Assembly (NCBI RefSeq): GCF_009914755.1
Contig: NC_060929.1
DNA: 64,000 bases
Origin: the human T2T-CHM13v2.0 reference genome, Homo sapiens
Reading direction: 5' to 3' (one strand)
The notes under the pieces were generated by a model. That model did no database searches. It was not told the origin of the DNA and worked only from the letters and a program-made list of their open reading frames with translations. The translations under genes were made by a program, and so were the position numbers. Of the stretch, positions 26,257 to 38,480 are shown piece by piece; position 1 is the first letter of the stretch; each line of letters starts with the position of its first letter.

Positions 26257-28564
26257 TATTATTATTATTATTGTAATGCAGTTGCTTTCCAAGATTTTGT
26301 TTTTGCCTTTGCTCTGTCCTGGAGGTCACAGTCACAATAATATCACTGCATTAGTTCTTTCTGCTTCTTAGTCATTTCTTCCTATCTGTTGTTGAAGTTC
26401 CTTAACCCTTCAATCTTCCATGATATGATGGCTTTCCTTACCAAATTTGATCTATCAGAATGTTCCAGAGATGTGAATCAAAATAATAATAATAAACTCT
26501 ATTATTCCTTAAACTGTATGGTCTTTCAAAGTTTCTAATTTCCCAAATTTGTTCAGATGTTGCTATTAAAAAAATAAATTGTACAGGTGTAACAATAGAA
26601 ATTAAGCATAGTATCAAGGAAGGCATTTCCATAGCCATTAAAGAGAATAGGTTCAGAATTGCAAAAGGCAGGACAAGTGATCATAGATGACTAGCATATT
26701 TCATTCTAAAATGCCTCATCCTCATTCTTCTTTCAAAGGAATGTTAAAAATAAATTTACCAGTAGTACTAAAAATAAGTGGTTCTTACCTTGCTATGGTA
26801 ATAAACTCAGGAAAAGAATAACACATATATACAGAAGAGAAAAGGCAGAAATGGCTGTTAGCATTCTTTGAAGGAAGGGAATATCACAGGAGAACTTAAG
26901 CAAATTTCACAATGTAATAGACAAGCTTTCAAACTTTCCACTGAAATATGTGTTGGCAAACATAGCCTAGATTCTGGTACCTGCTATGTATGACCTGGGA
27001 GACATAATTGTCTTCCCTGAGTTTCCTCTCTTAACTTCCAGAGATCTGAAGAAAGCTTTCTCTGGATTGGCAAATACTCTATAAACAAAAGTTTTATCAC
27101 TGAAAACCACCTATCATTACAATAACTAAAGAAAAATAATTCAAATGATTTGATAAGACAAAATTATATATACAAAGTAAACATGTCTTGGTTTTGTTTA
27201 AGTATAGATTAGATGACTTACTTGAAAGGTTTACAATAACTTTGCAACTTGTGTTTTTATCTCTAGCTAAAAAAAAAGGAAGGCTCCTGTATGGCTGACT
27301 AATGACCTTGGAGCGGGTTGTTAGCTGAACTTCTACAAGCAATTTTTTTGCTTTGTTTGTTTTGTTTTGTAAGAAAGAAGAAAAAATATTTAGTTTTGAA
27401 CCAACTTCTATCCAGTCTAGCCAGCTTGGCTCTTATGGAGGTTCTCTGGGCTAGCTCTAAAGAAGTTCCCTGTAGCTGAGAGTAAGAATCTTTTTTGCCT
27501 TCATCTACAAAAATCAGTCTGCAATTGACCTCAGGCATTTCAGAAGAATAATTATTGACCACCAAACTTCTTTGTTTGTTCAGAGATGGGAGGGGAATCA
27601 GTTGTATTTCAATATCTTTTCTCTGGATGGCATTGCTAATATTTCTGAGAAGTATATTTTGGATGATTTTGCTGATAAAAGAAGAAGGAAATAGAAACAT
27701 GAAAGACAAAAATGAAGATCATCTTGGGTTTAACTCCAGGTCCAGGGGCAATTACATCTTTGACTCAAGCATCAGAAAGTGAGAACATTTCAAGAGAATC
27801 TCTGGCCCAGAGGAAATGAATCAACATGACTTTTAGTAATCAGATTACCATATATTTTGATGAAGATCAGCAGCAACAGAAACCTGCAATTTCCTTAGAC
27901 AACAATGAAAGCTTATAGAAGGCTATGTTCACAGCTGTCAAAATAGCACATTCCTTTACTTAATGGCTTTGGAGAATTTAATGAAAAGCTAGCCACAAAA
28001 ACAAACAACAACAACAACAAACAAAAACACCTCTGAGCTTCATGATACATAGTAGCCTAATAACAGAAATGTAAGACAATCTAATATGAATCCATCATTA
28101 GGTTTTCAGTTGCACATGTGCTACAAATATTTTCACTATTTTCAACTTTATTTTTCTGTGTGAAATTAGGGAATAAAATTTCACACATAAATACATATAT
28201 TACACATATGTAGAGCACCAGAAAAGATACTTGCATAATAGTAAAGAAACTTCTTTAATGGGAGAAAATAAAGCCAAAACAGAATTTCCAAAGACACTGA
28301 CTTTTCTTTCTCTAGAGCACCAACTTTTCTCAGCCACCAAATATACTTTTTAACCTCAGGGAAACAAGCTACTGTAGATGCTGGAGGAATTACAATCATA
28401 TCAGTACTTGGAAAGTTTCCAAATTGTAGAATGGAAAACAAAACAACAATAACAACAAAAAAAAAAAAAAAAAAGAAAACTACAGAAATTCAGCCAATCA
28501 CAATAACTATGGATATCAAAGAAACAAAGTTTACCCTTGGGAAAAAAAAATATAAACATATATA

Positions 28565-28636
28565 TTAGCCATAAAAAAGAATGAACTTATATCATCTGCA
28601 GTAACGTGGATGGAACTGTAGGTCATTATGTTAAAT
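28565..28636 (+). mobile_element. Isolated ~70 bp L1MA-like fragment
   Basis: gccataaaaaagaatgaac...tggatggaactgtaggtcattatgtt. Confidence 0.8.
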
Positions 28637-29789
28637 TATATATATATATATGAAAGTAACAAAAATGGAGCTTTAAAAAATAAAGCTAGTATAAACTATA
28701 AACTAAGGAAAACTAAACCATGAGAAAAATCACTGATTGTTCATTAATAGATCCGGATCTATATAAGTTACATAAGAGTAAAATCTGAATATAATCTGTG
28801 CAACATTTAGATAATTATCTTGCCTGACATTTTTCCTAACTCCCTCCTTGTAGAGAAAGACAGCTGCCTGTCCAGCTATCCATCCCGCCACCTGGGAAGA
28901 TATATGACACCCATTTACACATAAAATTTCACTGAATACAGCTTATACTAGATAATGTCAATGAATAGGAATTAGCAAGAGGGAATTTAAAATACCCAAA
29001 GGGAACATTTTACTTAGGAAAGGAGTACCTGAGATCTAGGCCACTAATAATGAAAGTAATTAGAGTAGCACTTAAGTTGCTGAGTATCACAACAAAGTAA
29101 AACTGTAGACAAGTTTAAAGTTTAGAAAGCTTTTGACACCAATTAAGTGCTGGAGATTTTCATTTTGCTGTTTTCTTAATTTTTTTCCTTTTACTTAATT
29201 GGCATAAGCGTTTCCATTTGACCTTTGTCCTATGATACGTTTAAACTTACCTCAATACACAATAGAAGTCAATCATCTTCTTAGTCCTAAAACAACAAAG
29301 TGGACCAAAGTGCACCGAAATGATCTGTTTGCCTCTATAGATCCCCTAGTCCAAAGTTCTCATTATGATTTGTTTATGTCAATGTACACTTTCTAAGATA
29401 TTAAAATTAAACCCATTCATTTATAAATAGAAGAAATACCTTGGAATTCTATAAGCAAGGAATTTAATGAGATTAGAACAGTTACCATTTTGCCACAACA
29501 CAAAGAGAATCCAGTGAGGCAGAAAACCTGGCCTCAATATAGAGGACTTCCTAAGTGTATACGCTGATTGACACACAACTTCAAGAAGTCAAATCTGTCC
29601 TCAGCTGATACTAGAACAGGACAGACATTTCTCAGGTTTGCTTCTAGAAGGATAACGTAACTCCACCGCATTTGAAAATAACGAACTTTCACATTTCCAG
29701 ACAGATTACCTACATTCTCTCAGTAGCCACAGATAAATAGGATCTTCTGACATCTGCAGAACATTACAATTACCCAAATAGAACCTAGA

Positions 29790-29965
29790 ATAGGGTTCTC
29801 AAAGTTTCCCAGCAACGTCAGCACTACCTGGGTATATGTACAAAATTAATTTGGAGGTCCCACCCAGAGGTACTGAATCAGGAACTCTGGAGGTCGCAGT
29901 CGAGAAATCTCTGTTCAACAAGCCTTGCAGGTGATTCTGATTCTGTTGAAGTGTGAGAACTACTA
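29790..29965 (+). mobile_element. MER5A (hAT-Charlie)
   Basis: ggttctcaaagt...tactgaatcaggaactctgg...aacaagccttgcaggtgattctga...tgagaactact. Confidence 0.85.
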
Positions 29966-30738
29966 AACAAATAGTTGTTTACTTCAGTCTCCATTCCAAA
30001 GCAAACCTATAGTTTAATAATATGACAAGCTGAGTAAAGAGCTGAGGCAGGTAAGACTTTGGTATTATTCCAATAAATGTCACCAGGGAATTATCTTGGC
30101 CACTAATGATTAAAAGATACTGGTATAAATGAAGACAATATTTCACCATTGTACTTGTTTTTGATTCTAGTGCGCTCTGTTACTCATGAATGAAGCATAA
30201 TTTAAAATAGTTTAAAGAGAAAGTTTCTATTTATAAATAGGGTCTGGCCCATTTAATCATTTCATATTTTTCCTTATGATAAGGAACTGCAGATATATGG
30301 TGTTATGACATTTAAATTAATATGCACACACTGAAACTCTCAACAAGCATGCTATGAAAGTTTTCACTGAAATCAAAGGCCAGAGCCAATAGTTATAGCC
30401 TTTCTAGCTATAAAATTATTCCTCAGCTAGAAAAGAAAGATTTTTGTTTAGTTTTATTTTGTTTTATAGCTATCACCCTAATACAACACAAAGCTCATTA
30501 TTAAAACATTATAAAGAAATTTGTGATTCCTAGATGGCTTTTTCTCAGAATATTTGCATAATCTTAAAATTCAACAACTGTTAAGAAACATACTGCGTAA
30601 TTAGAGTTGTAGAATACTCAATACATTTCAGGCCTGATTGAGTGTCTCTGTCATCTTAACTATGGAACAGGTTGTAGACTGTAGATTGCATCAGAGCTTC
30701 ATGTGCATCAGGAATGGGATGGGGGAACTATTCTAAAG

Positions 30739-30918
30739 CAGTGGTTCTCAAAGCCTCATCCTCAGAAGAACAGTATCAGCATTACCAAGAAACTTATTGA
30801 AAACACAAATTCTTCATCCTAGACCAGTATATCAGACACTTTGGGGACAGGGCCCAGCAAGCTGTTTTAACAAGCCCTTCAGGTGATTCTGTAACACACT
30901 CAAGTTTGAGAATCACTA
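30739..30918 (+). mobile_element. MER5A (hAT-Charlie)
   Basis: cagtggttctcaaag...ggcccagcaa...ttttaacaagcccttcaggtgattctg...agtttgagaatcact. Confidence 0.9.
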
Positions 30919-31414
30919 TGCCAGTGAAGTGGCTACATATGCTTCTGTCTTTTAAGACATAATGTAATTTTCTTACAAATTATGGTAACCTTTCTCAAAA
31001 TAAAATTCTTTATTTACTCATTCATTCAGCTAGTATTTATTGACTACCAGATATATGCCTGTTGTTCCTTCCCTTCTAGTAACTTCGTTAACACCTCTGC
31101 CCGATGCTTAAAGCTATAGAAATACAGCAGGCCCCTTAATGAAAGTCCAGAGTCCCTAATGGTATTTGTAAGAACATGAAAAGCTAATTTGCTATGTGGT
31201 ATTAAAATGTAACCTCCCTTTACTCATCTTCAAATTTTTAGTAAAATTAAGACACACCAAAGCCTTATGTTGGTACCAGAATGGTTTCTAGGGTATAGCA
31301 AAGTTACAACTGGTAATATGGCTTATCTAGAGAGGAGAAGAGCTCAGTCCATCTGTCTACCAACAAAAACCTACATCTTGGGAAGATATTACAATAGTCC
31401 AGAAGAAATAAGGA

Positions 31415-32545
31415 TGACTACACTGGGAAAGAGTATGGCGATTTCTCAAAAATCTAAACATAGAACTACCACACAATCCAGTAATACCACTACTGGGTAC
31501 TTATCCAAAGGAAAAAAAGCATATCAAATGGATATCTGCACTCCCACGTATATGGCAGCACTATTCACAATAAGAAATATTTAGAATCAACCAAATTGCC
31601 CTATTGACAGAAAAATGGATAAAGAAAAAATAGTATATATACACAATGGAATACTATTCAGCCATAAAAAAGAATGAACTTACGTCATTTGCAGCAACAT
31701 GGATGGAACTGGAGGTTATTATGTGAAGTGAAATAAGCCAGGCATAGAAAGACAAATATCATGAACTCTCACTCATGTGGGAGCTAAAAAAGGTTGATCT
31801 CATGAAGGTAGAAAGTAGAATGATAACTATCACAGTTTAGGAAAGGTATGTGTTGGGGGACTGGGGGGATGAAGAGAGGTGGGTTCATGGATACAAACAT
31901 ACAGTTAGATAGAAGGAATCAGTTTTAATATGCAATAGCAGAATAGGGTGACTACAGATAACAACAATGTATTGTATATTTCAAAGCAGCTGGAAGAAAG
32001 AACTTGAAATGTTCCTGTATTAGTCTGTTTTTACACTATTATAAAGAAATACGCGAGACTGGGTAATTTCTAAAGGAAAGAGATTTAATTGACTCACAGT
32101 TCTACATGGCTGGGGAGGCCTCAAGAAACTTAACAATCATGTTGGAAGGGCAAGCAAACATGTCCGTCTTCACAAGGCAGCTGGAGAGAGAAGTGCAGAG
32201 TGAAGGGGGAAGAGCCCCTTATAAAACCATCAGATCTCATGGGAACTCACTCACTATCACAAGAACAGCATGGAGGAACCGACCCCATGATCGAATCACC
32301 TCCCATGAGGTCCCTCCTCCAACACATGGGGATTACAATTCAGATTACAACTCAAGATGAGATTTGGGTGGGGACATAGAGCCAGACCATATCAGTTCCC
32401 AACACATGGAAATTATAAATACGCAAGGTGATGGATATCCCAAATACCCTGATTGATCATTAAACAGTCTATGCATATAACAAAATTTCACATGGACCCC
32501 CATACATATGTATAAATATATCAATTGAAAAAATAACAATAAAAC
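31415..32545 (+). mobile_element. L1MA 3' end, interrupted by an LTR at 32016-32394
   Basis: End of ORF2 and 3'UTR motifs (gaactacca...gcagcactattcacaata...gtgaaataagccaggc); resumes aacaca...ggtgatggatatcc after the LTR. Confidence 0.92.
32016..32394 (-). mobile_element. THE1D/MSTA-like solo LTR
   Basis: tgtattagtctg...gaccatatca; perfect 5-bp TSD gttcc at 32011-32015 and 32395-32399. Confidence 0.95.
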
Positions 32546-33625
32546 TTCTAGGTGATTTTTGAAAAGAGAGAGATATGCATAGCTACTCACAAAGCCCCTT
32601 GGACACTCACTGGCCACCATCAACATGGAGCCATGGAATCTCTCTGGAAAACCTCATCTATCTCCAGTACTGTACAAATGCATGGGTGACAAAGAACTGA
32701 GGAAAGAAAGAATGGCAAAGAATGAGTTAAAAGGTTGTCCTGCCATCTCCACACAGCACATGCCACTACAATGTCTGGGAAAGATATGTTTGCTGATTCT
32801 TTAAAACTTCCATTTATATACAGAGTACCATCTTTCTTACTAAGAATTTTCTTCTTCATTCACATTGTCAAGATATTTATTTTAATAATAAGTGCTGCTT
32901 TATTTGATTTGCTTCAGCAGCTATGCTATAGTAGTCTGCTTTTATAGAAAGAGCAGTTCCATTATTTTTCTGTTTTCCTCAGATTTTATGTGTATGTATG
33001 TACATATATACACGTATGGCATATATATGTTATTTTATATATATATATATAATATACATAATAACAAATATACATCATGGCCTCCTATTTATGCAGCCCT
33101 GTCCTCTCAGACTAGAATAATAATGTATACAACTCACTATGTAACATCTCTAGCTAAGTGTATCAGAAGCATTTCAAACTTAATACAGCCAAAAGTATGT
33201 AAGTATAATAATAAATAAATAAGACATAATTATCCCTTCACATTTGCACTTTCTCAATCTTTACCACTTAGTAAGTAGCACCACTATCCACTCAGTTGCT
33301 CCAATAAAATTCTAGATGTTTTCTTTGATTCTTTTTTGTTATCCTTCTTTTCTCCTCATCTATTCCATCATCATGTGCTAAAATTCCACATGTAAAAAGA
33401 TATTCCTAAAATTGTGCAATTTGGATCCAAGCCAGTCATATTTCCCATGTGTTATCATTATGACATTCTAATAGGCCTCCTTATTCTACTCTTGCTGCCT
33501 GAGCAGCATTCTCCACCTAGCAACAAAAATGGTATTGTTAAGATATAAATCAGATTGTGTCACTGCCTTATGTACAATATCTTGATAATTTCCAATCCAC
33601 TTTGAATCACAACCAACTCCTCCTT

Positions 33626-33736
33626 TACTCTAGTTACATTTCAAGTGTTTAACAGCCACATGAGGCTACAGTATTGGGCAGCTCAGAGAAGATTTCTATA
33701 ACTGCACATAGTTCTACTGGATGGTGCAGCTGTAGA
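33626..33736 (-). mobile_element. MER3-like hAT fragment
   Basis: tagttacatttcaagtgtttaacagccacatgaggcta...gttctactgga. Confidence 0.75.
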
Positions 33737-33871
33737 CAAACTAGCTTATTCCCCGTTTCTTGAATATTCCAGGTTTGTCCCCACCGTCAAGTCTCTACCC
33801 TTGTTCTTCTTTCCCCATGGGTTGATCTCCCCCAGTCTGTGTGTATAGTTTCTCTTTTTTGGCATCTCAGC

Positions 33872-34362
33872 TGGGGAAGAAAGAATATGTCTCATCATTA
33901 CAAGGCTCTTGGGCGAGATTCCTATAACAGAAGACAGATCAACAAGAAAAAAAGCATCAAGATTTATTTAATATAAGTTTTATGTAACATAGGAGACTTC
34001 AGAAATGAAGACCCAAAGAAACAGATAAATCTGTGTATTTTTATGGACAGTCTTGCAGAAGTACGATTGGAGGACAAAAGGGTACGCTCTAATGGTAACA
34101 AATTGAAGGGAACTTAGAAAGGCCTCTTTGTTCAGACTCTTCTTGGTGCCTTTATGTGATGTCCACTCCCTCCAGCTATAGGACAGGACACGTGTATCAT
34201 GAGGGTCTTCAGGGGAGAAGGTCAGGGAGTGATCTTCCAAAGTTTTATGACGTGCTTCAGGAAAGAAGGGTGAAGGGAAGGTGAGAGTGGACTTCCTGCT
34301 TCTGCTGTATTCTCAAATGCCAGGGAGCCATATTTTAGAGTTGTAGGTCCTGAATCCTGTCA
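33872..34362 (-). mobile_element. ERV1 solo LTR (MER31/MER67-like)
   Basis: cttcctgcttctgctgtattctcaaatgccagggagccatatttt...tgaatcctgtca; TSD cagc/cagt; homologous to 57883-58405. Confidence 0.8.
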
Positions 34363-37084
34363 CAGTGTGAATGTCATCTTTCCAGATCAAGCTACAGCTA
34401 CACCCAGGTAGTCCCTTTATATCACCCAGTTCAAACTTCTGCACAGCATTTATGGCTGTTTCATATGTCTCTTGGCCATATTTGTTTGTTGTCTATCTTC
34501 CCCACAAGAATTTAATCTCCATGGTACTAAGATTTCAACTGTCTTGTGTCCATGTCTGTATTACCTATACGTAGACTAGTGTCTGGCAGATAACAGTCAC
34601 TCAATAAATACTGTAGAAGGAAGGCAGGTGGGGGGGAATATGTTACTACTTACAGGACATATCACGTCAAATATATTAATATTTAGAAGAAAACATCTCA
34701 CAAAAATAAAGGGAAGGCTCCTAATATATACAATACTGAATTCAGTAAGTACATCTTGAACTGAATTACAAGTCCAATGCTTATATTCCAGCTCTTCCTC
34801 TATCTTGGACATATTTTGCTTCTAAGAGCTTCCATCTTATTTATTAAAAAAGCAATTCAGACTGCAGTTAAAAGATTCATTACAGTTCCAAATTCTGTTT
34901 TTTAATGAAGATGTTGAACCCAAGAGAAATATGCAATATTTTTAATATATCTAGAAAAATACTTGTTTATATACCATGTCTTATGCCAATAGTTTGTGAA
35001 TATTTTAACTATGTTTTAAATCATCATCATATTGCATAGTCTTAAGCTGCTTAAATGTTCACGGAGTAAAATTTTGAAAAGCAAATTTAATCACATAACG
35101 TTAGAGAAAGTTTTGCTATAAAGACACTGAGCTAGTGATTAAATTGGAATTTACATCTGCTTATGGATGTTTAATTAACCACAATCTAATTGATTGTTAA
35201 GCAATTGATAAGATCAAATTAGAACTATCAAGACCCTTACATCATTCTGCGGTAGGTATGTCATGTCACATAGATACAGCCAAAGAGCCAGGTGAAAAAA
35301 ACCCTATCCTTATGAGAACTTCCTTTAGAAGTTTCTAGTTGTGGAAACCACATTCATTGTTCAAACAGAACTGGTTTACACAGTTGGGCTTTTATATATC
35401 TGGTCATCTTTGCAGACAGTTCTACTTAAAAGAAAGAAATTCTCCAAGGAACCTACTTAGAAGGATATTCATGTCCTAAAACTCAGAAAAGGCCCACTGT
35501 GGTATACTCCACGAAACTCATTAACATCAAGATTTCCTTAAGTAGTTATAAGCTGAGGTTTTATCATGCTCATTTTTGTATCACCCCCAGGAACTAAGAC
35601 GTTACACCGAATATTAAATTAACTATAAATACTTAAGTAATCAATGTGTAAAGGGAAATGATGTAAAATAGCATATCATTGTCTTTTTAGATGAGGTTAT
35701 ATAACTCCAATAAAACTTCTGGCCATTCATAGAGCTTCTGTTAAATTTTTCATATCCCTCGTAGGCACTCATGAAAGAGGCTCAGACTATTTTCAGAAAA
35801 AAAAATGTGGGCAGCAATTCCCAGTGCAGTGTCTTCCAATGGAAACACAGTGATGAGATAAGAATCATCTTCATATCCAAACTGCTGAATAAGAGCAAGT
35901 TCAACAGGGAAAGACCCACACTGCCAAAGATAGCTTGCTACTGTAGCATTGTAATACTTGAGATTTACTGCTTATTAAAATGCAAAAGGCCATTACTTCC
36001 CCTAGAACAAATTTTGTGAACAGAGATGAACCTAGGAAGCTTTTAGCCCATTTCCTGAATCATAAACAAAGAGCTCCATACACAGCAACTCTACAAGATG
36101 TAAAGGGGAGTATATTATATGATCCTTATTGGATTACTCAAAGCCTCAGTGAAGCTCCCTTCAAAAGTGACATAAATCAAAGCTAACTGCTTCCATAGAA
36201 AAGCAATCAAGTTTTCAAGAGAATATCTTTGTTCCCTGAGGTTGCACAGTAAGATTTAGATGCTTCTATTAGGATCTCTGCAATGGAGCATGCTTCAGTA
36301 ATTATAAAAATCTAGCCTGGAAAAACACCTGGACAGACTCCCAGGGGAATTAAATAGAGCTTTTGGTTTCAAGTTTTGTATACTTTATCGAAATATTTTC
36401 CCATCTACCTTATGAGAACACACACACACACACCTACTTTCACTACATTAAATTAGGATATTAAGTATGGTGAGTTCTAGAATCTTTTACTCTTTAGTAT
36501 TATTTTCCAGTTTTAAATAACCTTTGTTATGTACTTCCATAAAGAAATGAACCCCTAAAACAGCTTAAATTTGAGGAAAAATTATACCAAAAGAAAATGT
36601 ATCTTTGGGAATATTGGGGAAGTTATTTAGGAATATGAAATCATTCCTTCTCCAGAGCCTTTTATATTAATCAAGATGGGGTTCCACTATCTTACTGAAA
36701 GATGCCTTTAAAACTAGGCCAAACAATAGTGATATCTTGGCTAAAAATAATTCCCTTCAAGGTGTTAAAGTCCTCAGAGGGTCCATAAGAAGACCTTCAT
36801 TTTTCTTTCTATCTCAGCCATGTGGTCAAATATTTAACAATGCTCTAGGTTTAAAAACACATGCAAATCTTGCTCGGTTTTGAAGCTGATTTTTGCCGCT
36901 TGGAATAGTAAAAATCATATTCCATAATTAAAAGTTAAAAGAACTGACATTTATTTGTTGTTTACTTTGAGAATTTGATCAAATCAATATGCCTTCCAGA
37001 TTTTGTCTTTTTTAGAAAATATATGTGCAAAATCAGTACCAAATTTTCCCCTTTTATAGTCTCTAAAAATGAATAATTATCCAG

Positions 37085-37630
37085 TTGAAAAGTAGTGGGT
37101 TGTACTTTTGTGCCTAAAACTGTGCTAGATTATATAAAACGCAAATTAACTACAAGCTATAGTTTATGGCATCAAGGAGCCTGTAGTTTAGTGGGCAAAG
37201 ATAACATAAAAATATGTGAATAATACAAGGTAATAAATATGTGTTAAATTCTGTGGCAAAATTATAGGTGTTATAAGAATTCAGAGACATGAAAAATCAA
37301 TAGAGCTTATCAGGGTTGGAGAATTTCGTAAAGAAAGTGCAACTTAATTTGGAGAGAGGGATTTAGACTTGATGTGATAAATTGTTCAGAGTAATTGTAG
37401 GTTTTTGAGCAGGGGAGTGACAGATGAAACCAACACTAGAGGAAAATTTATAGAGCATCAGTATGCAGGAAGTCTTAGATGATAGAAGAGCGTATGCTAA
37501 CTAGAAGCCTAAAAAAATACCTCAGGGACAATATGATAAAGGCTTGGACTACAAGGTGGGTTGTGGGAATAGAAAATTGACATTTTGAAGAAAAAATTGA
37601 TAGGTCTTCATAACTGCATGGAAATAGTAG
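37085..37630 (-). mobile_element. L2 fragment
   Basis: actgtgctag...tcaaggagcctgtagtttagtggg...gtttttgagcaggggagtgaca. Confidence 0.75.
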
Positions 37631-37703
37631 AGAGGGATTATATTATAACTTAGAATATATATTACATGAGTTAACAACCAGACACCCATACAACATAATA
37701 ACA

Positions 37704-38208
37704 CTGTTTTAGTTTATGTTCCTCGGAAAGCACAGCCTGAGACAAGAGCATGGATGCAGGTCGTTTACTTGAGAAAAGTCCCTAGGAAGGAAAGAGTGAG
37801 AAAGTGGGGAGAAAGCAGCAGAGAAAGGATAAAAGCCAGTGAAGGGTACCATTAAAGAGCTGCCTAGCAATGTGGATGAATAGGGCTCGATTCTATTGGG
37901 GACCTCCACGGAAACCATGACTAGCATGTTTGAGAATTGCCCTGCCAGAAGCTGGGGAGGCTAAGGAATTCATCCGCTGACTTCCTCACCCTTGGCTGAG
38001 AGTTGCCCTCAGTGGCATCATCTTCCCTGTACATCTTTGTATACCTCCCTATGGATTGAAGCCTTCTTTTGCCTTGAAGAAGGCAAGCAGAGCAGGGACA
38101 CTCAGAGATGCAGGCCCGACAAGTAATGCTAGCAGTGGCACTTTATAGCCACGGCTGCACAGAAATCAGGTGGGGACTCAGAATGTTGCACTGTAAGCCT
38201 CTGCAATA
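37704..38208 (-). mobile_element. ERVL LTR (LTR33/LTR16-like)
   Basis: tgttttagtttatgttcctcggaaagcacagcctgagacaagagcatggatgcaggtcgtttactt. Confidence 0.75.
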
Positions 38209-38269
38209 ATCAATGCAATTGAATACTTAACATAAGAATATCACATAGACAAAAGCCATGGAGAGAGAC

Positions 38270-38480
38270 AGATGTTAGTGGGTAATTACTCAGGCTCTGG
38301 ACTCGGAGGTCTTTGGGTAGGAATTCAGTGTTCTCCTCTGCAAGACTTTAGGTAAGTTATACTTTACTTCTGCTAAATTTCCTCAAGTCCCTCTACTGCT
38401 AAGTGATGACAACACTATTACCTAACTGGTTGTTACAAGAACTCAATGAATTAATGCATATAAAATAATTAGAACAGTGC
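38270..38480 (+). mobile_element. MIR
   Basis: caggctctggactc...gactttaggtaagtta...ggttgttacaagaactcaatgaattaatgcatataaa...tagaacagtgc. Confidence 0.75.

Larger units (their letters stand above)
33080..34625 (+). mobile_element. L2a, split by MER3 and an ERV1 LTR
   Basis: catttcaaacttaatac...caccactatccactcagttgctcc...aaatcagattgtgtcact...cactcaataaatactgtagaagg. Confidence 0.8.

Noticed and set aside
28747-28762. Perfect 16-bp palindrome atagatccggatctat
   Set aside because: About one 8-bp-arm palindrome is expected by chance in 64 kb
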